Below the pieces are notes generated by a model. It ran no database searches. It was not told where the DNA came from and was given only the letters and a program-made list of their open reading frames with translations. Source: Lama guanicoe (lineage: Eukaryota). From it: 64,000 nucleotides of DNA. Shown in pieces: positions 51,850 to 63,431 of this stretch (positions are counted from its first letter, which is position 1; the number at the start of each line of letters is the position of its first letter). The position numbers were made by a program, and so were the translations under genes. The DNA is taken from contig MU054001.1 of the NCBI GenBank assembly GCA_013239625.1, forward strand, positions 3,416,151 through 3,480,150, in the 5' to 3' direction.

Positions 51850-52420
51850 CCCCCATATTAGCTCTACATCCAAATGTGACTCAGGCCGGCGAGGCTCAAG
51901 GTGATCAATGACAGCTCCAATCAAAGCCACCAGATAGGCAGTGCGCTCAACGCTCCTTGATATAAAAGGTGTTTTATTTCTCATCCCTTTATTTTTGTCA
52001 CTGAAAGAATGCTTCCCATGTGTGGATTAATTAAAGTGTAAACATTAAATATTGATTGATGCATTATCAGCATGGAGCAGTGGCCTCCCGTCTGATTGAT
52101 TCCTGCGGTGATTTATTGTCATATTTGGGGAGTCATTTCGCTTGATAACCAAGAGGGATGGCCTGCCTCCCCCCGCCTCCCGCCACGCCGGCTCCACTCC
52201 CCTCTTTTTTTTCCCGGTACCTCCTCTTATTCTTCTAGATGACATCTGAGTTCCAATAACTAAAACATCTTCATCTTACTGTCGAGAGAAAAGTCTGTGG
52301 CCTGACATTTATTTTGTGTATGTGTGTGTCTCCCAGGCAATTATCAAATCAATTAACAACTTAACACAGAAAATAACAAATCCACCCGCTTCTGTGGGAT
52401 AGTTCTGATTAGCAGAGCTT
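51850..52420. promoter_or_regulatory. Candidate deeply conserved enhancer (PBX/MEIS/HOX-type motifs)
   Basis: TGATTGAT x2, TGATTTATTGTCA, ATCAATGACAG, GTAAACA, TAATTA, ATCAAAG and TGACTCA within about 250 bp of unique DNA. Confidence 0.55.
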
Positions 52421-52645
52421 GCCCCTCCAGAACTCTGTGAAATATGATTATGGGCTGGTCATGGGGAGAGATGGGGAAGAGTTTAAAATGAAACAAAGAG
52501 AAAAAAAAAATCCCATAGTTCTAGTCTTGTCATATATCTACGGCGTGTTTTCATGATGGAACTAGACAGTGGAGAAGGAATAAAGCAACAGTTCATATTT
52601 CTAATTGGTCATAAGTCTCTATAGATGTGAACTGACATATCACGT

Positions 52646-52732
52646 CATCAGACTGACCCACCGTGAAATCGCTGTCTGTTTAGGCAAAAAAAATGATCAA
52701 ATAGTGACAATTTCAAATGGTTCAACCTTATA
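52646..52732. mobile_element. Diverged MADE2 MITE
   Basis: ...tgaaatcgctgtctgtttaggcaaaaaaaatgatcaaatagtgacaatttcaaatggttcaaccttata aligns by eye with 37297-37379. Confidence 0.7.
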
Positions 52733-52922
52733 CACTTAAACTCCATTCTGAAGTAGGGTATGAGGCTTAATGTTTATCCTGTTTTTCAAATGAGAACACT
52801 GGCACAAAAGCGGCACGTCACACACAGCTACCATTTAGTTTGAGTTTTGGCATAAGTCAGACGTTCATCAAAATGCTTTACGTAATTTCCTCATGGAAAA
52901 CCTACCACGGTCTTTGAGGTAG

Positions 52923-53262
52923 TGTTATGGTTTCAATGCGTGTGTCTCCCCAAAATTCACATACGGAAATCTTAACCCCCAAGGTGATGGTATCAGAAAA
53001 TGAAGCCTTGGGAGGTTAGGTCATGAGGGTGGAGCCCTCATGAATGGGATTAGTGCCCTTATAAAGCACCTTCAGAGAAATCCCTTCCACCACACAAGCA
53101 TACAAGGAGTCTGCGACTGAGAAGAGGGCCCTTGTCTGAACATGCTGGCACCCCAACCTTGGACTCACAGCCTCCAGAGCTGTGAGAAATAAATGTCTAT
53201 TGTTTATAAACCATCTTATTATTTGTGGTATTTTGTTATGGCAGCCTGAACAGACTAAGACA
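52923..53262 (+). mobile_element. MLT1A0-like MaLR solo LTR inserted in a MIR
   Basis: tgttatgg...gcagcctgaacagactaagaca, with a perfect 5-bp TSD ggtag at 52918-52922 and 53263-53267. Confidence 0.9.
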
Positions 53263-54889
53263 GGTAGGCACTACCATTTTACCCATTTTACAGATCAAAA
53301 ATACAAACAGCAAAAATAAAACAAGGCTTCAAGTGTTAAAAATCGGTGAAGGCCTCATCGGACACATAAGTCTAAAAATGTCAACATCTCTGCAGTATGT
53401 TTAGTTCAAGCTGTTTGTTGGTCAAGGGAGACTCCAGGGCCCTGACTCTAGTCAGCAGTGTACATGGTCCAGCATCCCCACAGATGAATTGAAGGCCTTG
53501 GTTTGGAAAGTTTCCTGTTTCCCAGCTCCTTCCTCTTGGCAGGAGGGAAGGTGCAGGCACTGTCCAGGGTATAAAGAAAACATCAGTGGAGGGTGGTTGA
53601 TCCCATTCTCTAAGTTGTTTTAAGAACATGAGCCCAGAGTCAGGTCTTGCTTAAAGAAGTAAGAATTTGAGGCTTTCTTTGGTCCAGATGAAAAACCGTA
53701 GAGGAATTTCCAGTGGTCTTTAGTCACCAGCATCCTGTCTAAATGATGTCCACAGGGAGGTGAGAGTCTGGTCTCCTCTGGGTTATCAGACTAATTATCA
53801 AGTGGAACTAGAAAAGGAAGCCAGTACACTGTTCCCCCTCTACCCACCTCTACTTCCCTGGAAATTTCAGCCAGTGGCTCAGGGTCCTCCTTCCCCACAG
53901 GACCCTGCATTTTATACTTATGACTCCAGGGCCTAATGTATCCATATTGCACAAACTGCATCATCCAGCAACATGCATCTTCACATGGTCAAGGGTCTGA
54001 ATGAGCCCACTGCTCTCTCCAGGACCTGTCACATCCCTCCCAACCTCCTCCATCATCTTCTTTGATTGGCACATTATCAAGAATGATCTAGATAAAATAG
54101 AGCATGATTGGCTAGTATAGAATGGTTATATTCTTTAGAGAGCTTCGTACTCTGCATAAGGGCAGTAGATAATTAGAAATCATTTAGTGGAAAATGTATC
54201 AATGGGTGTTCACTTTCAGAAGTTCTCCTGATACAAACACATCCTACTATCAAAAGACTTTTTTATGAAAACAGTCAGTTGAAGTTGCTTTCCTTCGTGT
54301 GTGTGTTTGTGTGTGTGTGTGTGTGCATGTGTGGGTCCACTGTGTCTGTGTTGTTCTTGGTAGTGTTGTTTCTTTTTCAGCTTCTTGAGTTGAATGTTCA
54401 GCTCATGCATTTTTAATCTTAGGTTTTGATAAATCCATTGACGGCTATGAATTGTTCTCTGAGTATCACTTTGGCCACATCTGGTAACTGGTGCCATTGA
54501 TTTTTAAATAGTTTATTATTTCAGTTTTGACTTCTTAATCCAAGACTTCGTTGGGAAATGTGTTCTTAAATGTCTAAGAGAGAAAATTTGTAGCATATTT
54601 TCAAGAAATATTATCTTCTATAAATTTTAGGACTCACTATACTCCCTTAAATTGTCCTTTTCAAATCAATATCGTAGCTCTTAAAATTCAAAGATCCAGT
54701 AAGATTCCATTGGCATTATTCCAAACCTGCCAGGTAGAGATGGTGTCATTGACATACTAGATGAATGAAGTCCCAGGGGTTAGGTAGTTCTTCCAAAGCC
54801 ACAGAGCCAAGAAATGACACACTTTAAGGAGCCTCTTGCCTCCTAGTGGAATGCTTATTCTTGGTGCTTTCAGTCCTGGCTCTTGATAA

Positions 54890-55030
54890 GGTTGATTTTT
54901 CTCAACAATGTTTACTGAATGTTGAGTATATCCTAAGTAATATGCTAGGCACTGGGAATGCAGCACTGAATAAAGCAGACTGAAATCTTAGCCCTCCTGA
55001 GCATTTACATAGGGGAGCTTACTTTCAGAA
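54890..55030 (-). mobile_element. L2 3' end
   Basis: tttactgaatgttg...tgctaggcactgggaatgcagcactgaataaagcagac. Confidence 0.7.
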
Positions 55031-57225
55031 TGAAGCCAAATATGTGAAAATAGGACCGGGAAATAGCAGAGGACCCTGGAGTACAGAGGAATTGCTACCG
55101 TGAAGTCAAGGGAACAGCAAGTCCTTATCACAAGATCCAACACAGCCACGTCCACTGGGGCCCCAGTCATTCTTGCAAGTTACCTTGACCTACTCCCCAG
55201 AGGTGCTCAGTAAGTGGTAGAGCTGCCCTGCACTGCTTCACTCCAGAGTTGCCCTTAAATCCTCTCCCAGGGCATGGTCTTCTAACCACCAGACATCTGC
55301 TGGGCAACTACCACTCCAGGTACGGTGCTAAGCCCTTGTACCCAGAACCTCTCTTCAGTTAATTCTGACATTCCTGCCCATTTTATAGAATTCACCCGAA
55401 GTTGGTACCCAACCCAAAGTCTGTATCAAACTCCAGGGTCTCCTGAATCCAAGACTAGTGCTCATTCCAGGACCCCAAGTTTTTTTGTTTTGTTTTGTTT
55501 TTTCTCAACAGGAGGAGCCAGGGAAGAATCCATGAGTTGTTGGCTGGTCGACTGCATTCTGTTGTGTAGATGTGGCAGTCTTGTTCTCTCAGCCTTGTTG
55601 CTGTCATCATCGTCATCTTCTTCATCATCATCTCATCAATGGGATGGTCATCTTCATTGCTATCATGTTATGAGCAGCCAGGGACTGTGCTAAGCATGGG
55701 ATCTATTTCATCCTTTAGTCAGGATTGTGGCTAAAAGCAAGGACCCTGGAATGGGGCCCCTGGGTCCCATGCTGGCTCTGCTTTTCGCCAGCTTGGTGAG
55801 GGTGGCATTGGGCTCAGTCCCTTGCCTGGTATTGCACAGAAAGTAAATGGCGATCTGGAGGAAACCTAGGTCTGTCAGGCTACAAAACTCATGTTATCCT
55901 GCCTCCCAGAGGCTAGTTACAGCCTTCATACAGAGCCCTTGAGAAAAGAATTCTAACATCCTCAGGGGAACACAGGGTTCTGTTATTCTGCAGACCCGCG
56001 GATGACATTGAATGCCCCTGAAAAGTGCAAAGTTGTACTGGGAGCACATCTGGCCTCTGTAGGCGATGAGGAAGGAATTAGACATATGGACCCTTTGGGA
56101 CTGCAGGTGGACCTGGGAAATCAGAGGCCAGGTTTCCTGGCCATGCAGAGCATTCCTGCCTGGAAGTCAAATGACTCTGGGAAGGTTCCCAGAAGCCCAG
56201 TTTGAGACAGGGATCTGAATGTATGGAATCTATTGAGGGAGGGCTTAGAGATGGGGAAAGAAGCAGGAGAGAGAAAGGAAAGCCACTCAGCAAGGCTGCG
56301 GTCTAGAGGCAGGTCAAGGCGTGGCCACTGGAGGTGGGGACGCTGCATGGTGAACTGTCCCTTAAGGCTCTTTCCCCTGAGAGGGCCAGCTGTCCACGGG
56401 CCATGGGCTGCTCGAGGAAGGATGGGCATAACTCTCCAGGGAAGGTGGCAGCTCTGAGCCATTGGCGGCCAACACTCTCAGTAGCTGGAGACGGGGTCCC
56501 CTGACCTGGAATGGGCTCTAGACCAGGCCCCGGCATGAACCCCCAACACAGAGCTGAGATGGGTATGACTAAAGCACTCTCTGTGCCAGCACGCCAGTAC
56601 TTTCTCACTGACGGTAGCATTGCCTGCTTACGATGATAACAAAATGGAGACTCTTAGCTGGTGGTGGTTTTTAAATTCTCTGCAGTCAATGCACCCTCTG
56701 GTTGCAGCTACCCCACCCTCGGTACACTGCTGCACACCAGGGCTTCCCGAGCAGAAGGGAAGCCAGGGGGCCCTTTGCAGAAATGATCAGGGAGCGTCCC
56801 ATGATGCTGCATATTGTTCAGGACTCTGATTTTACCATCACCCCAAAAGCTGCTCCCCTGGGGACCCACCAGTGTGGTTTGAGGTCTTGTCCTTGAAGGA
56901 GGTGTCCACCATCCTCATCTCCAACCTCCCCTTCAGTAAGAGAACAGATTTTCTATCCACAGGAAGAATAATTCAAGTCACAGCCAACCTGACCGTGCTT
57001 CACTCTTACTTATGAGAGCCATGAAATCAAACAGCTTCATCTCTGACCTCTAAGGAACGGGACGTGAGAGAGCAGCTTTCTGATGTTGGCATTCAGCAAG
57101 TTCAAAAACAATGTCCACGTGGCTCAGGGGTGATCTGGAGCAGAAGACACAAACAAACTGGAAAGGTACGTTCTTAATGACATCACCCTGGGATGGACGA
57201 TCTCTTCCTCTCAGGAAGGAAAATT

Positions 57226-57261
57226 CTACACTTGATCTCAGCCAAAAGGCCGAGAAGCGAT
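57226..57261 (-). pseudogene. RNU2 (pseudogene fragment): 3'-truncated (tailless) U2 snRNA retropseudogene
   Basis: Minus strand ATCGCTTCTCGGCCTTTTGGCTGAGATCAAGTGTAG equals U2 nt 1-36 with one mismatch; flanked by 16-bp direct repeats. Confidence 0.95.
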
Positions 57262-58599
57262 CACGAAGGAAAATTCTGACATCCCCGTGGTGTCGCTTCC
57301 CCTGCGGACAGATCTCCGAACAACTCAGTGCCAAGTCAGGCTGGGGCTGCGTTGATTAAAAAGAGGGTTCTTAGGAGGAGAGAAGGATGAGGGCTGCCTT
57401 CTGTGCCAAAGAGACCCGATTCAACACAGACTAACTCAGAGATGAAAGGATACCAGAAACTTGCTCCTGTGTGGCAGACGGAGCTCAGAGTCTGGACAGA
57501 GCAGGAATCAGATGAAGGAAGGGAGAAACAATATGTTTGAAAGGCTGGTGGAGCTTTATGGAAACATAGGTTATGAAAAGGCGTTAAGAGTCTTCCTTTA
57601 AACAAAAGCTGTATCTGTAGCAAATGACTGGTCTCTTTTTCACTGTCCAGAAAAAATTGCAATCTGAAAGGAAAAGCATCTAATATTTTACTTTATCTTC
57701 CTCCGCCTCCCACCAACATTGACACTAAAGACATCCTCATCACATAGCTCCATAATTCTACTTGGATTTGGACCCTTTTATCATGCAAGCTCACCTAGAG
57801 TTCCAAAAATGAAGGTCTGGAAGAGAAAACTGCATCGTTTCTTACGAAAATGGCTTTCTAATTTTTTTTAATCAACCAGCACAACTCATATCCTAATGTT
57901 GGTGTGTTATTTCCTGAAATTGTATATAATGGGTTTAGAAAAGTTAAAAAAAAAAAAGAGTTTTGAAGTCTGCTAAGTGCCCACCATCTCCATAACCACT
58001 CAAATCAGCCTATTTTTTGTAATTCCTTTAAATTAAATATCTTTGATAATAAATGCAAATTAGGGAACAATAAATTATAACTTCTAGGCTGACCAACAAC
58101 TAATTATATATATTATAATTAACTCCGGTTTCCAACACAAGGTATTTATCTTAATAATCAGCCCATAGACATTAGCATATCTTAAAGGGATTTGTAAAAC
58201 AGGCTGTACCATTTGAAGAGCCATCTGAACTTCCTCCCCTGGTCTATGAAAGGGTACAGAATCAAAAGAGATGGAATTACTTTAAAAAGAAGTTTGGGCT
58301 AAATATAAGTTGAGAATCTCAGATTAGAGGCATAAAACCCTGACTTACAAATATTTCTCCTAAATACACCCTCTGACCATCACTAAAGAGCCTTCAGGTT
58401 CTAAAAATCTACAATTTTCACAAAGCTGTTCAAAAGATCTTCAACCCTGCTAGGCTCCCGTGAGTGCATCCTTCAGAATTTGGGGTTGAGGTTTGAACTT
58501 TACTGAGAGAGAAGGTCTGATTTTTCAGGCAGCCTCAAACCATTTTCTATGAAAGTCAACAAGAAGAAGCCACTTCTGGTGGTGGAAGGACCGATACTG

Positions 58600-59800
58600 C
58601 TGATTTCAGCCCTATCCCTGCTCTTCCATTCATTTTAGAAGCTTAATTACTTCTCTGGCCCACAGCCGGCTGAGCCCTTGGGATTTATCAACAAGGCCAG
58701 GAAGGCCTGCACCGGCTTTCCGAGGCCCAGTTATCAGCCGGCTTTTTGTAAGGTTCAAAGTTTTGCTTCCTCGATTTGCTATGGAGTTCAGGGATGTAGT
58801 CTGAATGCATAGGAGAACAGCCCCTCGGAGCTCCCCCTCCCTGCCTGTGTGGCCTGCGTTCCTTACAGACGATGCAAACCTCTTCTTAGGGCTTTTTCTC
58901 TGGCGCTCAGGAGACTCTGGCGTGAGCAGTTAAGCCTTTTGATACAGCTGGTAATCCCAGCTCTGGTCATTATCACTGCATTTTCCAACTGTCCCTGGGT
59001 AATTGTCCAAGGGACTTAGACAATTCAGACCCGCCAAAGGCACCACGAAGGTCAAACCACAATAGAGCCTGCCCTGATTTTATCCGGGAGATGGATGCGC
59101 AAATCACCTTGATTTCGATTTGGCACCGGGGTTATAAAACGCTTGCAATCACCGATAACACGTAAGCTCAGGCCCAAGCGTGGGACACTGTATTTTACAC
59201 CCTCTCTGGAGTTTTCCCTCCTGCAACCATAAATCAGCCCGCAAAGCAAGGCATCTGGTCCATGCTAATAAAGAGACAACAGCCGGAAACCCAGGCTGTG
59301 CGGGCATGGAGACAGTTTTGGGACTTGGGGAGAGCTCAGGATCTTTAGTTTGTGTCAACTTCAAGGGGGACAGAGCACAGCAGGCTCATTCAGGGAAGCC
59401 ACACAGGAGACGAGGATCAGCCGGCGAGAAACGCACGCTCGTGTCCCTGTGTGCGCGCAAACCTAGATCACTCAGCACCCGAACAGAGATTCAAAACCTT
59501 GACGGTGAGAGGAAGAAATCCAAAGAAGAAAGCAAAGTCCTTCTAATGCACACATTTACTACGTGTGGAAAAGAGAGTGTGATGGGGTGAGAAAGGGAGA
59601 AAAAGAAGCAATCTAACCCAAACAGGAAACTAGCTACAGTGTACTGCCTGCCGTGTCTTTCCCGCCTCCCTCCACAAAGGGCTTACATCAAATTCATTTA
59701 CAGATATTTTTTTAAAGACAGCAAGGCCTTTAAATGCTTAAAGACTCACAGCAGCGGTCAGCATCGTTTATATACCATTTCATAAAGTATCCCAAGTGAG
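58600..59800. promoter_or_regulatory. Candidate enhancer downstream of the gene 3' end
   Basis: Repeat-free and CpG-retaining; TGATTTATGG on minus at 59227-59236. Confidence 0.4.
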
Positions 59801-60418
59801 AGACTTTTTGGGTTTTGGGATGTTGAATTACGTATCAGAAAAAGGAAGAAGCAGCCGGTACCTCTAAGGCTTATTGTCCCCTCGGCATAGTGGCCTCTGG
59901 CCCCAGTTCTGTTTGTGGAAACTGCTCGGCTCCCCCAACCTTCTGTCTCTCCCTAATCTCCCCCCACAAACCACGTGTGGGAGTCCAAGCCAGTGGGCAT
60001 TTGGCCTTGCTCCGTGGGGGCAGCAGGGATTTGGGGGAGTGGGGGGGGTGGGGGAAGCAGGGAGGGGATGTAGGGGGACAAGGTCTAACGTGCTGGGGTG
60101 GGAGCTACCCAGGAAGGAAAGACAAAATCTAGGTGGGAAAAAAATGCAGGGAGAAGTAATGACTTGCATCGTCTTTTCTGAACATTCTCATTCTTCCAGA
60201 GCTTCGAAACTTCTCCACGCATCCACAGCAAGTAAGAAAACATCTAATTGAACGATTCCTCTGCTTGGGGTGACACCCATCGCCCTTTCTCCCCCGAGAA
60301 AACAAAAACCAACAGGCTGAATTTGCAGAAAATTTTACTCTACTTCATGCAACTAAAATTTTCTGCAGTTTAAAGAATATCTGCTTCAAAGCCTTCATAT
60401 TTTTTTTCCTTTTTCAGT

Positions 60419-60424
60419 TTTATT
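60419..60424 (-). terminator. Putative polyadenylation signal AATAAA
   Basis: tttatt on plus, at the edge of an AU-rich repeat-poor block; upstream UGUA (taca 60558-60561); A-rich likely cleavage region near 60400. Confidence 0.55.
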
Positions 60425-62799
60425 AGGTAGAATTATGACAGCTTGATGCAAATATATATCATATGGGATGTAAATATATATGCACTTTTTTTTTAGTTTG
60501 TGTATGTATACTGATCATTATTTCTAAGAACAGATTAGAGCTTTAGCTTTTTAAACTTACATAGTTATCAAAGGAATAAAGCCAACCATAAAATAAGAAT
60601 CCACAGAATGCGGTAATCCAATCATAAAGGACAGTCAAATGTGCTCACACATATTCAAGAAATCAGTTATCTAAGTTATAAATAACAAGTACTTCATTTG
60701 TGTCCTTTTTTTAATTTTTTAATTTTTTTTTAGATTCCACATATCAAATCCTTCATATATTTTAAGGTTTTGGGGGGTTTTTTTGTTTGTTTGTTTGTTT
60801 TGTAGTTCTGAGTATTTTTTAAGAGTGAGCATGATTTGGGTTTGAAGGTGAAGAAACAAGAAACTGATCCCTGGGTGTAAGTAGCCTTGCATTTAAGTAA
60901 CCCACAGAGCAGTGTTTACCAAGCAGGAATCCTGTTTCTTAACAGATTATCATTCTATGCTTCCCTTTTTCTTTTCATCGGAGTGGAAAACACAACACAC
61001 ACACACACACCCCGCTTCTTTTTTTAAACCATCCTTTCTCTGTGATATCTTATCGAGTAAGAGAATAAGTTACTAAAGGGAAAATTGCATTGGGTTTCGA
61101 ATGAGGAAGAATCCTACAAATTCTCCAAGTCCAGAGTCTTGAAGATAATTTATGTTTCTGGTATCTGGCTCATTGTATCCAAATTAAACTCTCCAACAGT
61201 GGTACACAGTTTAAACGGACACAAAACAAAACAAAAAGATAAGAATAAAAGGAAGCTCCCTGCTGCACTTTGCCCGAGGTCACCGTGTCAATTTGAAACA
61301 ACAGAAAGAAAAGAAAGAAACAAAGTAGATATCACAGCCTCCCTCCCCAAAGGCAGAGGCTGTGCTCAGTGATTAGAGCGAGAAACCCGCACCCCTTGGC
61401 TGTGCAGGTGCCCGTCTCTCTCCTGCACGCGGTAGAGGTTTGGGTACATCTGCCCATCTGTGTGTAAAACGGGCCACCCCAAACCCCAAACGCAGGCTCA
61501 TCTCTCATTGACCCGGCCAAGTGGGTGCACACAAACCAGACAGACCTTTCTGGATGTTGCCCCCTAGATTGAAAAGACAGAATTCAGAGGAGCCCGGCCT
61601 CCTGGGAGCTTGGCCAGCTGCGTGAGTCCCCAGCCAAAGGCCAGGAGGCTGACCTGCTCCTAAAAAGAGTCCCTGAGAGCTGGAGAAGTGGGTGTGCGCA
61701 TCCTCTGAGGTGGTGGGTGGTGGGAAGGAGGCGGGGGGTGTGGGAGCCTATCTTGGAGACAGACCCCTGATGCAGGGTGGGGGTTACTGTGTGTCCTTCA
61801 TTTTTTCTTCACATCTCTGAGACCTCAGGGGACTTCATCTCACCTCATCTGGTCACTGCTCTAGGCAGCCATGAGGCCTGTGGCATTACCCTGTCCGGGC
61901 CTCAGTTTCCACAGCGGGAAAGGCGATAATGACCCTGGGCTTCACAGTAAAATGCTGAGGGCCGGCCTGGGTATCCGATGAGCCCGGCCACCTGTGAGCT
62001 CTGAGAGGGAGGTGAGGCCTCCGGCCAGCACCTCTCCCCGCAGATGAGGGAAGAACTAGTTCCTATTGGTGCCATTGGGATTGGGAGACTGAGATAATAC
62101 GCGTAAAGGACTTAGGGGGTTGCCAGGCACACCATAAGGCCCAAAGTAAAACAAGAGTGTTTGCCTGTGTGTTTGTTTGAAAAAATATGTATTATCCTTA
62201 AAAAAGGAGGAGAGGGACTCAGCCAACTTGAGTATCACAAAAGCATTCCTCCTAAGAGAGGTTCCCTAATACACCCAGGAGACACGTCCACCCCAAAGGA
62301 CCTCAGCGCTGCCACTTGTGTGCTTGTAAAGGTTACCAGATCAAAGGGGACCTAGGAAACGCACAGATTGAGTCATCCTTTGTCGAGGCTGAGACCTTGA
62401 AGTGTTGGGGATCAGAAAAGGCAACCTTTCATGAAGGCTTTAAAAGATATCAGGTAAGTGAGAACATGGCAGAGCCCCCAGCAGCCGCCGGGGTACACCA
62501 GGCTCACCATCAACTCCTGCTGCCAGCATCACACATCGATTCCAAAAACGCCGGATCCAAAATCGCGCTGAGTGGTGGGCCCAGGAGGCAGCGGTGAATT
62601 TGGGGATGATGAAGACGCTGGTGATGTCGAAGTAGTGTTTCTAACCCTGTACAGTGCAATCCACAGTGTCTTCTTATCTCAGCCGAACCAGATGAATAGA
62701 TTCGATCTTGTAAGTGGACATTGAGAAAGTTCACCGTTGCATCAAAGAGTTAATCCAGTATTCTTTATGGATATTATATTTAGGCTCTTACATTCTTTT

Positions 62800-63066
62800 C
62801 TTGTTGTTGTTATAGTATTTACTTATTATCATTTATTCATTTTTATTGAAGTACAGTCAGTTCACAAAGCGTTGTCAATTCCTGGCGTACAGCATGTTTC
62901 AGTCATACATACACGTACATGTATTCCTTTCTATATTCTTTTTCATTAGAGGCTACTATAAGGTACTGCATATAGCCCCCTGTGCTCTACAGTAGAAACT
63001 TGTTATAAGAATAAAAACCTATTTTATATGTAGTAGTAAGTATCTGCCAATCTCGAGCTCCCAATT
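62800..63066 (-). mobile_element. Camelid L1 3' end with 23-bp TSD
   Basis: tttattgaagtacagtcagttcacaa...ctcgagctcccaattt; flanks tatttaggctcttaca(t/c)tctttt at 62777-62799 and 63067-63089. Confidence 0.88.
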
Positions 63067-63084
63067 TATTTAGGCTCTTACACT

Positions 63085-63240
63085 CTTTTTTTTTAAACTG
63101 ATGTATAGTTGATTTCCCATGTTGTGGTAGTTTCAGATGCACAGCAAAGCTGCACATACATATGTGTATTCATTTTCAGATTCTGTCCCATTATAGGTTA
63201 TTACAAGATATTGAACATAGTGCCCTGTGCTACACAGGAT
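63085..63240 (-). mobile_element. Older artiodactyl L1 3' tip
   Basis: tgatgtatagttgattt...ttataggttattacaagatattgaacatagtgccctgtgcta. Confidence 0.85.
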
Positions 63241-63286
63241 TTGTTGTGTGGGATCTTATGGTCTTACTAGTGATTCAAAGTTCTGA

Positions 63287-63431
63287 GGGGGAGGATATAG
63301 CTCAAGGGGTAGAGCACATGCTTAGCATGCGCAAGGTCCTGGGTTCAACCCCCAGTACCTCCGTTAAAAAAAATAAATAAACCTAATTACCTCCCCCACT
63401 GCTAAAAATAATAAAATAATACAGTAATAAA
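63287..63431 (+). mobile_element. Vic-1-type SINE
   Basis: gggggaggatatagctcaaggggtagagcacatgc...gggttcaacccccagtacctcc; perfect 11-bp TSD caaagttctga at 63276-63286 and 63432-63442. Confidence 0.92.

Noticed and set aside
57226..57261. Functional U2 gene
   Set aside because: Only 36 of about 190 nt; no Sm site, PSE or 3' box
62316..62760. CpG-rich stretch with overlapping ORFs that could be a coding exon
   Set aside because: No recognisable peptide in any listed frame and no convincing splice pair; better explained as UTR
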